From: an uncultured Nitrospinota bacterium | GTDB taxonomy: Bacteria; Tectomicrobia; Entotheonellia; J063; CAVPRW01 | Direction of reading: 5' to 3' | Length of the DNA: 64,000 bases | Assembly: GCA_963707985.1 (NCBI GenBank) | Contig: CAVPRW010000011.1 | Coordinates: forward strand, 97,632 to 161,631 | Shown here: piece after piece, positions 12,376 through 22,257 of the stretch | Layout: each line of letters begins with the position of its first letter | Position numbering within the stretch: the first letter of the stretch is position 1 | Translations under genes and position numbers: made by a program | The notes under the pieces: model-generated | Told to the model about the DNA's origin: nothing | What the model saw: the letters and a program-made list of their open reading frames with translations, nothing else | Database searches by the model: none

Positions 12376-12741
12376 TCATTCTTCATCCTGACGCAAGACG
12401 TCGCGGATGCGCTCTTCCAAGCGGTCGAGGTCCCACTTGCCTTGATCGCGGATAATGGAGCGCAGCAGCGGGTTGATCTCGCTGATGGTGTCCACCAGAT
12501 CGCTTAAAAGCTCGCGCTGTTCACGGATTTTGGTGATTTCCTTCGGCATCTCGACTATGTCGCCGAGGATGGCCCCCTCCGAGCGCGAGGCGATGATGGG
12601 GCTGGCCACCTGTTCGATATACACTCTCGTGCGCTGCCCTGGGCCCCTGCCTTCTTCGATGGGCTCAAGTCCTACGATGCGGTCCGAACGAAAGTACTTC
12701 CCGTATCCGAGTGGGACCATCAGGCCTGGTTCGATTTTCAT
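12376..12741 (-). CDS. Conserved hypothetical protein
   Basis: AGGAGG RBS; MKIEPGLMVPLGYGKYFRSDRIVGLEPIE... with coiled-coil C-terminus. Confidence 0.65.
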   Translation of the reverse strand: MKIEPGLMVPLGYGKYFRSDRIVGLEPIEEGRGPGQRTRVYIEQVASPIIASRSEGAILGDIVEMPKEITKIREQRELLSDLVDTISEINPLLRSIIRDQGKWDLDRLEERIRDVLRQDEE

Positions 12742-13134
12742 GTGTAGTCCTCCTTTCGATCCGACTGTCTGCTCCGACATCCCCGGGAATTTGGCCTTAG
12801 TCTACGGAGGATAGCCACGATTGTCTATAGCACACACCGACTCCGACAGGCTACTATCTCACGGCTAGGACGCGCCCCGAGCGATGTGGCAGGGCCCAGT
12901 GACGACGACGCACAGTGCCGTATGCCGGCGGTCAATTGTCATGTATAATAGGTTTTCATATCCGAGGCGATGATCGTCGTGATGCTGAGCGGCTCGCCAC
13001 CGATGGATTCTAGGTAAACGCCGTTATCAGAAAACAAGGGACTCAAGGCGCCTTCTGAGATCCTCGAACCGATGCCGAAACATCGTGCTGCTCAGCGATA
13101 GGCGTGAGGATCTGCCAACATTGAGGAGATACTG

Positions 13135-14067
13135 ATGGACCATGGATTACGCATCCGCGGCGTGCTCTCGCCCGTGGTCACGCCGTTCACACGCGACTTG
13201 CGCCCCGATCCCGAGCGTTTCATCGCTCACTGTCGCTGGCTACTCAGCCAGAACTGCGGCCTTGCGGTGTTCGGAACCAATAGCGAGGCCAATTCGTTGT
13301 CGGTGGACGAGCGCATCGCACTGCTGGAAACGCTGCTGTCGGCCGGCCTCGATCCCACGCGCATGATGCCCGGCACCGGTTGCTGTGCCCTGACTGATAC
13401 GGTGCGGCTCACTGAGCACGCCGTCAAGGCCGGCTGCGCCGGTGTGCTGATGCTGCCACCGTTTTACTACAAAGATGTCACCGATGACGGTCTCTACCGC
13501 CAGTTCGCCGAAGTGATCGAGCGTGTGGGCGATACGCGGTTGCGGATCTATCTGTACCACATCCCCCCGGTGGCGGTGGTCGGTATCACACCGACGCTCG
13601 TCGAGCGCTTGCTGAAACGCTATCCGAGCGCGATCGCTGGCATGAAGGATAGCTCGGGCGACTGGGGCAACACCAAGACGATCCTGGACAGCTTCGCCGC
13701 CTCCGGATTCGACGTGTTCCCGGGCAGCGAATCGTTTCTGCTCGCTGGCATGCGCCATGGTGGCGCTGGCTGTATCTCCGCTACCGCCAACGTCAATCCC
13801 GCCGCGATCGACCGGCTATATCGCGAGTGGCGAGGCGCCGACGCCGACCAACAGCAGGAGGCGCTCAATACCGTGCGCAAGACGGTCGGTCAGTATGTGA
13901 TGATCCCGGCGCTCAAACAGGTCATTGCGCACTATGCCAGCGACCCCGAATGGGTGACGGTGCGCCCCCCACTCACCGAGCTGACCGCAGCACAGGCGAA
14001 GCAGGTGATGGAAGGACTGCATGGTTTGGGCTTCACCATGCCGGGTATGAACGGTGCGGCGGGCTAA
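13135..14067 (+). CDS. Dihydrodipicolinate synthase (DapA)-like class I aldolase
   Basis: PVVTPF, FGTNSEANSLS, LPPFYY, YLYHIP, GMKDSSG. Confidence 0.9.
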   Translation: MDHGLRIRGVLSPVVTPFTRDLRPDPERFIAHCRWLLSQNCGLAVFGTNSEANSLSVDERIALLETLLSAGLDPTRMMPGTGCCALTDTVRLTEHAVKAGCAGVLMLPPFYYKDVTDDGLYRQFAEVIERVGDTRLRIYLYHIPPVAVVGITPTLVERLLKRYPSAIAGMKDSSGDWGNTKTILDSFAASGFDVFPGSESFLLAGMRHGGAGCISATANVNPAAIDRLYREWRGADADQQQEALNTVRKTVGQYVMIPALKQVIAHYASDPEWVTVRPPLTELTAAQAKQVMEGLHGLGFTMPGMNGAAG

Positions 14068-14332
14068 ACCATGCCGTCGACCATGCACGGGCTGGACAAG
14101 CCTGGCGTCAGGGAGTATCGTAGGGCCCGAGGAACGCTAGGGATGGAGCGGCTCGTGGAACGCGGCAGGGGTAGGACCATGGCCGGTTGCAGCTGATGGG
14201 GGATGCATATGCGCCCGGCTTCCTGTATGATGACGGCCAAGAGTCGGAGCGTACCTCCTCGGCACCAGGCACGGACCTGATGCCGCAGGCGTTGCGAGTG
14301 TTTGTCATCGCGCTTTGAGAAGGAGGGTTGCC

Positions 14333-15301
14333 ATGAAAGCCGTGAGAGTCCACAAGCCAGGCGGGCCCGAAGGGTTAGTCTACGAGGACGTTCCTGATCC
14401 CAAAGCGGGGGCGGGTCAAGCCGTCGTCAAGGTCGAGGCCATTGGCCTGAATTTCGCCGAGGTGAACCAACGCCGCAATGCTAATCCAGCGTCGGTGCCG
14501 ATGCCCATCGGTGGAGAGGCCGCCGGCACCGTTGTGGAGGTCGGAGCTGGTGTCACGCAATTCAAGGTTGGGGACCGTGTCGCCTTCAACGGCGTCCCCG
14601 GTGCCTATGCCGAGATGGTCGTGGCCCCAGCGGCGCGACTGGTCCGCATCCCCGATAATGTGAGCACCAAACAAGCGGCGGGCTCCCTACTGCAGGGGAT
14701 GACGGCGCACTACCTGGCCTGTAGCACCTATCCTCTTGGCCCGAAGGACACCTGCGTGGTGCACGCAGCTGCGGGAGGGGTCGGTCTCCTGCTCTGTCAG
14801 ATCGCTAAACAGCGGGGCGCGCGCGTCCTGGGAACGGTTTCCACCGAAGAGAAGGCCAAGGCGGCGCGGGAAGCGGGTGCCAATGAAGCGATCCTGTACA
14901 CCCAGGTCGACTTCGCCGAGGAGGTGAAGCGGTTGACCGACGGCCGCGGCGCTGACGTGGTCTATGACAGCGTCGGCAAGACGACCTTCGCCAAAGGGTT
15001 GGATTGTCTACACCCACGCGGCATGATGGTGGTCTACGGCCAAGCCAGTGGCCCCGTTGAGCCTGTCGATACCGGCCTGCTCAGCACCAAGGGCTGCCTC
15101 TACTTGACGCGCGTGAATCTGGGCACCTACACGGCGACGCGCCAGGAGCTTGAGGAACGTTCGGGGGATATCTTCCGCTGGGTCGGTAATGGCCAGCTGA
15201 AGGTCCATGTCTACGGCGAGTACCCGCTGGCGGAAGCTGGCAAAGCACAGGCCGCGCTCGAACACCGCGAGACGATCGGCAAGGTGCTCTTGGTTCCATA
15301 A
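14333..15301 (+). CDS. qor: NADPH:quinone oxidoreductase (MDR family)
   Basis: MKAVRVHKPGGPE, LLQGMTAHYL, HAAAGGVG, VVYDSVGKTTF, YGQASG. Confidence 0.9.
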   Translation: MKAVRVHKPGGPEGLVYEDVPDPKAGAGQAVVKVEAIGLNFAEVNQRRNANPASVPMPIGGEAAGTVVEVGAGVTQFKVGDRVAFNGVPGAYAEMVVAPAARLVRIPDNVSTKQAAGSLLQGMTAHYLACSTYPLGPKDTCVVHAAAGGVGLLLCQIAKQRGARVLGTVSTEEKAKAAREAGANEAILYTQVDFAEEVKRLTDGRGADVVYDSVGKTTFAKGLDCLHPRGMMVVYGQASGPVEPVDTGLLSTKGCLYLTRVNLGTYTATRQELEERSGDIFRWVGNGQLKVHVYGEYPLAEAGKAQAALEHRETIGKVLLVP

Positions 15302-15316
15302 CACTGAGGACAGGGT

Positions 15317-15997
15317 ATGAGCGCGCAAGAGCGCCCGGACAACCTGGTTGAGGCGGCTGTCGCGCAGCAGAGAGCCGCGACCATCAGCGTGCTCGAAGTC
15401 AGCCGGCAAGACACAGCAGTGTTGGAGCTGGTCAGGCAAGTCCATGACGACATGACTGCGGCGATCGAGGCCCTGCCAAGCAAGGCTCAACATGCTTGTG
15501 CACCCGGCTGTGACTTTTGCTGTTACCTGCCGGTGGATGTGCTGACCCCGGAAGCCTTCCGCATTGCGGCGTATCTCGAGCGGACGCGTTCTCCAGAAGA
15601 ATTGGCGACTTTGGTGTATCGATTGGGGACCCAGGGCCAGCACGATTTCGGCGTGCGGCCCTGTGCATTCCTCGCCAATGGGCGGTGCTCGATCTACGAG
15701 GTGCGCCCCATGGTCTGCCGGGGCTACAACTCACTCTCGAAAGAGCGCTGTGGAGCGTATCATCTTGACGCCAGTGTCGACCTGAAGGGGTCGAAGGATC
15801 GCGTGGCGGGCCGCTTGGCAGAAGCCATAGAGGATGGAGTCGTCGCGGGCCTGGAGGCGCTGGGTCTCGACGCGCAATGGTATGAGTTACCCAGCGCCGT
15901 CCTGCGCGCTCTAGAGGCGACCGATGGACCGGCACGATGGGCAAGGGGTGAGACGGTGTTCCAGGGCTGCGACCAGCTGTCCCAGTGGCGTTGCTAG
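15317..15997 (+). CDS. YkgJ-type CxxxCxxCC cysteine-cluster protein
   Basis: CAPGCDFCC ... CAFLANGRCSIYEVRPMVCR. Confidence 0.8.
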   Translation: MSAQERPDNLVEAAVAQQRAATISVLEVSRQDTAVLELVRQVHDDMTAAIEALPSKAQHACAPGCDFCCYLPVDVLTPEAFRIAAYLERTRSPEELATLVYRLGTQGQHDFGVRPCAFLANGRCSIYEVRPMVCRGYNSLSKERCGAYHLDASVDLKGSKDRVAGRLAEAIEDGVVAGLEALGLDAQWYELPSAVLRALEATDGPARWARGETVFQGCDQLSQWRC

Positions 15998-16093
15998 CTC
16001 CGAACACCCGACTCGTGCCTCCCCGGCCCAAGGGGTTGCCGACACTATTTCTCTTGCCCGCTTTGCCGGGGAGGTAGTACCAAGCGCACGCGC

Positions 16094-16123
16094 TTGACAT
16101 CACCACGTATCATCTTGTAAATT
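16094..16123 (+). promoter_or_regulatory. Sigma70-like promoter
   Basis: TTGACA-18nt-TAAATT. Confidence 0.45.
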
Positions 16124-16628
16124 AAGCATGGATAATCACCGGCCAATCGTTCCAGCTTAGAGCCGAAGGAAAAATTCTTATGCAATCTAAGATTCGCAAA
16201 ACGGTGGCGTTGCTCACCTGTCAGTGATCCCCGGTGTTCTCCCGGAGGGAGCGGGTACAGGGGCTGTACCTGAAACCGGTGCGCCGGGAAGGAAAGGGCA
16301 TCCTGGAGCAGAGAGCGGTGAGGAGTGCCTCGGGTTGGCCCAGGTTGGGTCCGCCCTCGCGTTGGCTGCGTGCTGCAGGACGCGAACTATCCTAACCCTG
16401 TCATCCACACGTCTCTAGCCTTTCATCCTTCCTCACGTCACCATAACCACGACAGACAGTCGAGCGCCTCTAGCAGGGTAGCCTGCGAAGCTATTGGCTC
16501 GCATGCAAGGTCCCACACGGTGGGATGATTGACAGTATATTTCCTAGACCCTCAAGGGCCGCTAGCATGGGGCCCATGATGGGTCTTTTCCAGGGTGAGG
16601 TACTTCCGTGACGGAGGTTTTGACACTC

Positions 16629-16874
16629 ATGGCCGAGATCAAAATGTATACCACCAGTTGGTGTGGCGATTGTCGCATGACCAAAATGTTCATGGCGGAG
16701 AAGGGCATCAGCTACGAAGAGATCGACATCGAGCAGACGCCCGGGGCGGCGGAAATCGTCATGAAGGCCAATGATGGCAAGCGCAGAGTCCCAACGTTGG
16801 ATATCGATGGTCGCTTCGTCGCCGTGAGCCCGTTTAACCGCCGGCAGCTAGAAGAGGCGCTTGGCCTGGCGTAA
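16629..16874 (+). CDS. Glutaredoxin/mycoredoxin-like protein
   Basis: MYTTSWCGDC...EIDIE...NDGKRRVPTL. Confidence 0.85.
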   Translation: MAEIKMYTTSWCGDCRMTKMFMAEKGISYEEIDIEQTPGAAEIVMKANDGKRRVPTLDIDGRFVAVSPFNRRQLEEALGLA

Positions 16875-16932
16875 ACCAGGAGCATGTGGTGGCAGGGCAT
16901 GGGGCGGATGCTGGAAGGCCGAGGAGAGCAGC

Positions 16933-17805
16933 ATGCGGCAATGGATAGCAGTGATCGCATTGACAGGCTTGTTGACAGTGCTTGGCACCGGTGGAGCCGG
17001 GGCGGGAGAGAGCCCCGCCACTCTGCGGATGTCGGCGATTCCTGATGAAAATCCCACGGAGTTGATGCGGATTTACGCCCCATTTGCGGAATATCTGCAG
17101 CGTGAGATCGGCATTCCGGTGCAATTCACCCCTGTGGTGGACTATGCGGCCACCGTGGAGGGTATGGCGGCAGGCAAGCTTGACCTGGTGTGGTTTGGCG
17201 GACTGACCCATGTGCAGGCGCGCATCCGGACCAATAACACGGCCTATGCCATCGCCATGCGTGAGGAAGACCTCAGGTTCAAGAGCGTCTTCATCACCAA
17301 TCCACAAGCGAACATTAAATCGCTTGAAGGGCTGAAAGGTAAAACTTTTGCCTTTGGCAGTGCGGGCTCAACCTCGGGCCATACGATGCCGCGTTATTTT
17401 CTCCTGAAAGCCGGCATCGTCCCCGAGGAAGACTTCAGCAAGTTCAGCTTTAGCGGGGCCCACGATGCCACGGCCCTATGGGTCCAGTCGGAACGCGTGG
17501 ACGCCGGGGCATTGAATATGTCCGTCTGGGAGAAATTGGTCGACACCAAGAAAGTCGATACCGCACAAGTCTTTGTCTTCTGGACCACGCCACCCTACGT
17601 GGATTATAACTGGACGGTGCGTGGTGACCTCGACAAAGGCCTTGTTGAAAAGATCAAACAGGCCTTCTTGAAGCTAAACCGCTCGAATCCTGAACAGGCC
17701 AAGTTGCTCGACCTGCACCGGGCGACACGCTACGTCGAGGTGGAGTCCGAGGATATTTTTCAGCCGATCGAAGAAGCTGCACGGCAGGGCGGCTTGATCA
17801 AATAG
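16933..17805 (+). CDS. PhnD-family ABC substrate-binding protein (resembles putative selenate-binding subfamily)
   Basis: Signal peptide; SAIPDENPTEL, VVDYAATVE, LVWFGGLT, FGSAGSTSGHTMP, SGAHDAT, TPPYVDYNWTVRGD. Confidence 0.85.
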   Translation: MRQWIAVIALTGLLTVLGTGGAGAGESPATLRMSAIPDENPTELMRIYAPFAEYLQREIGIPVQFTPVVDYAATVEGMAAGKLDLVWFGGLTHVQARIRTNNTAYAIAMREEDLRFKSVFITNPQANIKSLEGLKGKTFAFGSAGSTSGHTMPRYFLLKAGIVPEEDFSKFSFSGAHDATALWVQSERVDAGALNMSVWEKLVDTKKVDTAQVFVFWTTPPYVDYNWTVRGDLDKGLVEKIKQAFLKLNRSNPEQAKLLDLHRATRYVEVESEDIFQPIEEAARQGGLIK

Positions 17806-18585
17806 ATGGCGCCTTCCATGTACCGATTGGACCATGTCCGCAAGGTGTTTCCCGATGGCACGGTAGCGGTTGATGAGGTCACGCTCGACGTCGAGGCGGG
17901 CGAGCGTGTAGCCGTGATTGGACCCAGCGGGGCCGGCAAGACCACCTTGTTCCGCATGCTCAACGCTACACTACGCCCAACCTCTGGGACTCTCCGCTTC
18001 GATGCAGCGAACCTGGAGCGTCTCTCCGGTCGAGGTCTGCGTCAACTACGGCGACGCATCGGTACGGTCTATCAACAACACAACCTGGTTCCCCAACTCC
18101 GTGTCGTGCACAATGTCCTGGCGGGACGTCTTGGGCACTGGTCTCTGCCAAAGGCGTTATGGTCGCTCATCGCGCCACAGGAACGTGACGTTGCCCTGGC
18201 GGCGTTGGAGCAAGTCGGGATACCCGAGAAGCTCTACACGCGGACGGCCTATCTGTCAGGCGGTCAGCAGCAGCGCGTGGCCATTGCCCGCGTGCTGGTG
18301 CAGAATCCCGAGGTCATCCTGGCGGATGAACCGGTGTCCTCGGTCGATCCAACGCTCGGGCGGACCATCATCGAGTTGCTGGTGCAGCTGGCTGAGAGCC
18401 ATCGGAAGACGTTGGTGGCGAACTTGCATGCGGTCTCTTTTGCGTTGGACTTCTTTCCACGGGTGGTCGGTGTTCGTCACGGACGGATTGCCTTCGATCT
18501 CCCCTCAGCCGCCGTGACCGAGCAAGTGTTGGCGGATTTATATGCGGGGATGGAGACATCGCCGGTCCTGTCCGCATACCCATGA
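17806..18585 (+). CDS. PhnC-type ABC ATP-binding protein
   Basis: GPSGAGKTT, LSGGQQQRVAIAR, LADEPVSSVDP. Confidence 0.9.
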   Translation: MAPSMYRLDHVRKVFPDGTVAVDEVTLDVEAGERVAVIGPSGAGKTTLFRMLNATLRPTSGTLRFDAANLERLSGRGLRQLRRRIGTVYQQHNLVPQLRVVHNVLAGRLGHWSLPKALWSLIAPQERDVALAALEQVGIPEKLYTRTAYLSGGQQQRVAIARVLVQNPEVILADEPVSSVDPTLGRTIIELLVQLAESHRKTLVANLHAVSFALDFFPRVVGVRHGRIAFDLPSAAVTEQVLADLYAGMETSPVLSAYP

Positions 18586-19461
18586 GCACACGCGGGTCCA
18601 ATATCCAGACCTGGAATGCCTGGTCAGCCCTGGACTCGCCACGCTGGAATCTGGCCACCCTGCTGGCTATTCTCACCACCGGCGGAGCGCTCGCTGCCAG
18701 CTGGCACATCGCCCAGATCGAGCCCGGCTTGCTCTTCGGTGCGCAGGGGCGACGACATATTTGGGCCTTTCTGACGGGCCTATATCCACCGGAGCTGTCC
18801 GCACCATTCTTACGACTGCTCATCGTGCCGACGATCGAAACCATCCAAATTTCGATCATGGGCACGACATTCGCCATCATGCTAGGGTTTCCACTGGCAC
18901 TACTGGCGACAGATCGCCTGTGTTTTGCCGGCGTCGTGTATGAGATGGATGGTGATGCGGCCCGCTGGTGGCGTATGGTCCGCCGTAGCCTTTATCTGGC
19001 GGCCCGCATGCTGTTGAATCTCTGCCGTTCTATTCCCGATGTGGTCTGGGCGCTGATGTTCGTGCGCGTCGTCGGCCTCGGCCCCTTCCCCGGCGTGCTG
19101 GCCATAGGCGTATCCTACGGAGGTATGCTCGGTAAAATCTACGCCGAGATCCTCGAGAACAGCCCCGAGGCGTCCCATTGAGGCACTGCACGCCGCTGGG
19201 ACCGGAAAGTCGGCGCTGCTGGTCTATGGGTTTCTACCCCAGGTGTTTGGACACCTGGTGTCCTATAGCCTCTACCGCTGGGAATGCGCCATCCGCTCGG
19301 CGGCCATTCTCGGGTTGGTTGGCGCCGGCGGGCTTGGGCAGCAAGTCGAGTTGTCCATGCGCATGTTCCAACATCACGAGACCAGCACCATCCTGATCAT
19401 CGTGTTCCTGTTGGTGACGGCTGTCGATCATCTCAGCACGATGATTCGCAAAGCCCTGTGA
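18582..19461 (+). CDS. PhnE-type ABC permease 1 (frameshift ~19175)
   Basis: RSIPDVVWALMFVRVVGLGPFPGVLA...GMLGKIYAE, continued by YRWECAIRSAAILGLVGAGGLG. Confidence 0.85.
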
Positions 19462-19592
19462 AGCACTTTATAGCGGAACGGGTGCGACAATACGATTCGA
19501 TGCCATGGCGCTTTCGCTCGGCGTAAGGCGATTGCCCGCCGAATGGACAGGAAGGCAGCCACACATGGACCAGAATACCAGACAAATCACGA

Positions 19593-19874
19593 TTGCCACA
19601 GATCGATGTGGATGACGACGCATTCTCTCGATCCCTGGGAGAGATCGAGAGGGTGTCCCCAGACCACGAATGGGATGCCGGCGATATGGGCTGCGGCGAG
19701 TTGGTCTTTCATTTGAGTCTCCTGCTCAAACCCATGCAACCTGGGCAACTCCTGAAGTTGACTGCCCGTGATCTGGGTGTACCCCAAGATCTCCCAGCGT
19801 GGTGCCGGCTGACCGGGCATCACCTGACATATGCTGACCATCCAATTTATTTACTTCGGCGAAGGGAGGATTAG
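19593..19874 (+). CDS. TusA/SirA-family sulfur carrier (start uncertain)
   Basis: WDAGDMGCGELV...MQPGQLLKLTARDLGVPQDLPAWCRLTGH. Confidence 0.8.
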   Translation: MPQIDVDDDAFSRSLGEIERVSPDHEWDAGDMGCGELVFHLSLLLKPMQPGQLLKLTARDLGVPQDLPAWCRLTGHHLTYADHPIYLLRRRED

Positions 19875-19877
19875 ATC

Positions 19878-20240
19878 ATGGCCGGAAAATTCTGCGTCAG
19901 CCTGACCTGTGCGAAAGACAACACCGACAAAGCGACGGTGGCGTTCGTTGTGGCCAATGCAGCAGTCGCCTCGGATAAAGAGACCATGGTGTTCCTGAGC
20001 ACCGAAGGGGTACGGCTTTCCGAAAAGGGCTATGCCGACGACATTCATGAGGAGGGGTTCTCTCCACTGCGAGAGCTGATCGAGAATTTCGCCAAAGCCG
20101 GCGGCCAGATCTACGTGTGCTCCCCCTGCTTCAGGCGCCGCAAGCTCGACGAGAACAATCTGGTGCCCGGGGCGGTGATCGTCGGTGGTGCCAAGCTCGT
20201 CGAGTTCCTCAGCGATGGGAGCCCGAGCGTCAGCTATTAA
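19878..20240 (+). CDS. DsrE/F-family protein
   Basis: KATVAFVVANAA...VFLSTEGV...GGQIYVCSPC. Confidence 0.85.
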   Translation: MAGKFCVSLTCAKDNTDKATVAFVVANAAVASDKETMVFLSTEGVRLSEKGYADDIHEEGFSPLRELIENFAKAGGQIYVCSPCFRRRKLDENNLVPGAVIVGGAKLVEFLSDGSPSVSY

Positions 20241-20378
20241 CTGCTACGTTGGACTCGTGCAATGTGGAGGCAGGGCTTCGCCGCTCGGCAAGCTACCGAC
20301 GGCCATGCTGAGAAGCCAAGGGGCGAAGCTCTCCGTCCACATGAGAGGAATTCCCTGAAATCGTCTTAGAGGTCGGTT

Positions 20379-21107
20379 ATGAATGCCCATGGGAGCCTGC
20401 GTCCTGACGCCATATGCGACGGTGGAGACCTCGATTGCGGGAGTGGGCTGCTGTTGATCATCAGAAACGCCATGCAGCCGCTGCCCCCAGGGGGGGTACT
20501 GGAGGTTCGTAGCCGCGAAAGCAGTGTGAAGGAAGACCTGCCAGCTTGGTGCAGGCTGGTCGGTCACACGCTGGAGGGTGTGCAGCCTGGTGAAGGCACC
20601 TACACGCATTACTACGTGCGCAAGCAGCAGGCCGACGCGGCGCTGAAGGCTGACGTCGATAAGGCCCGAGCGTTTGTCTGGTCGGCACGCGTGCGCTGGA
20701 CCGAGGGCATGCAGGCCAAGGCCTTCATCCGCAATCATTCCTTCAACGTGGGCCAGCCGGCGAGCTTCGATACCCAGGATGCGGCCCCCAGCGCTGTCGA
20801 GTATCTGCTCGGCGCCATCGGCGGCTGTCTGGCCGTGGGGTTCCAGTGGCGTGCCTCCCAGCGCGGCATTGAAGTGCGTAATCTGGAAGTCTCGTTGCAG
20901 GCCCAGGCGGACAATATTCTGGTATTCCTGGGGTTGGAAGAAGAGGGACATCCAGGTTTGAAGCAGATCGAAGGTCGCCTCTACATCGACGCCGACGGGG
21001 ACGACGACGTGCTGCAGGAGCTTTGGCGGGAGACCCTCAGGCGTTCGCCGGTGACGCAGTCGTTGCTGCACGAGGTAACTGTACAAATTGAGCTTCGGAG
21101 GGTGTGA
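20379..21107 (+). CDS. TusA-OsmC fusion protein
   Basis: N-terminal CDGGDLDCGSGLL...DLPAWCRLVGH; C-terminal PSAVEYLLGAIGGCLAVGF...RRSPVTQSL. Confidence 0.85.
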   Translation: MNAHGSLRPDAICDGGDLDCGSGLLLIIRNAMQPLPPGGVLEVRSRESSVKEDLPAWCRLVGHTLEGVQPGEGTYTHYYVRKQQADAALKADVDKARAFVWSARVRWTEGMQAKAFIRNHSFNVGQPASFDTQDAAPSAVEYLLGAIGGCLAVGFQWRASQRGIEVRNLEVSLQAQADNILVFLGLEEEGHPGLKQIEGRLYIDADGDDDVLQELWRETLRRSPVTQSLLHEVTVQIELRRV

Positions 21108-22254
21108 TGGCGACGCTGGCCGCTCTTTCCTGTTACGGTGGTAGGTAGTTGGCCACGGCCGACGTGGTTGCTGGAAGCGATGAAGCGCGGACGGTCGGAC
21201 CTGCACGCCCTGCAGGACGAGGCGACGCTTTTGGCGATCAAGTATCAGGAAGATGCCGGCGTCGATATCGTTTCGGATGGCGAGCAGCGACGCGATAATT
21301 TTTACTCGTTCATCTGTCACCGTCTAGAAGGTATCCGCCTGATGACCATGGCCGATCTCCTGGAATATGTCGAGGACAAGGCGGCTTTCGAGACACTGCT
21401 CAATGCGTTGGACGTACCGGCCTTTGCCATCAAGAACCCGACGGTGGTCGGCAAGCTGAGCCCCAAGGAACCACTTGTTCTGGAGGATTTCAAGTTCTTG
21501 CGCGAGCATACGCGCAAGCCGGTGAAGGTGACGCTGCCGGGGCCATATCTCCTCAGCCGTTCCACCTGGGTGAAAAACCTCTCTGACACGGCCTATCCAA
21601 CACGCGAGGCCCTGGCCGACGACATCGTGCTGATTCTGCGCGATGAGCTGCGCGCCCTGGCGGCAGCCGGCGCCGAGATCGTCCAGTTCGATGAACCCGT
21701 CCTCACGGAGTTGGTCTTCGCCGGTAAATCAGCTACACGCACCTTCATGTGCGCCGCCCTGGCCGCCAGCGCCAGCCCGGAGGGAGAACTGGAGTTTGCC
21801 GTCGATCTGATCAATCGCGTCGTCGCCGGCATCGACGGCCCGATCCTGGCCTTACATGTGTGTCGGGGCAATTGGAGTCAGAAGGAGGAAGTGTTGCTTG
21901 AGGGGTCGTACGATCCCCTCATCCCCTATTTCTGCCCGCATGCACATCCAGCAATTCGTACTGGAATATGCGACGCCACGGGCCGGCACCTTGGAGGCCT
22001 TGCAAGCCCTACCAGCCAACGTGCAGGTCGGTTTTGGTGCGGTGAATCCGCGCACCACCGTCTTGGAGTCCCCTGAAGCGGTCGCCTCCCGCGTCACCCA
22101 GCTCACCAAGTTCATCGCTCCCGAGCGTATCTACCTCAATCCGGATTGCGGCTTCGGCACGTTTGCGGATCGCCCGGTGGGAACCCCTGAGGTGGCGTTC
22201 AAGAAGCTGAGGGTCTTATCCCAGGCGGCAGCGCTGTTGCGGGCGGCGACGTGA
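21107..22254 (+). CDS. Cobalamin-independent methionine synthase catalytic-domain-only (MetE C-terminal-like) protein; frameshifts ~21120 and ~21935
   Basis: VVGSWPRP, GVDIVSDGEQRR, KVTLPGP, VQFDEP; Zn ligands LHVCRGN, LEYAT, LNPDCGF; TGATG overlap with upstream gene. Confidence 0.85.
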
Positions 22255-22257
22255 GAT

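Noticed and set aside
20244..21320. Long antisense or alternate-frame ORFs (e.g. 20244-21320, 31119-32126, 55828-56862, 59461-60534)
   Set aside because: Shadow ORFs of high-GC DNA that overlap well-supported genes and have no recognisable motifs.
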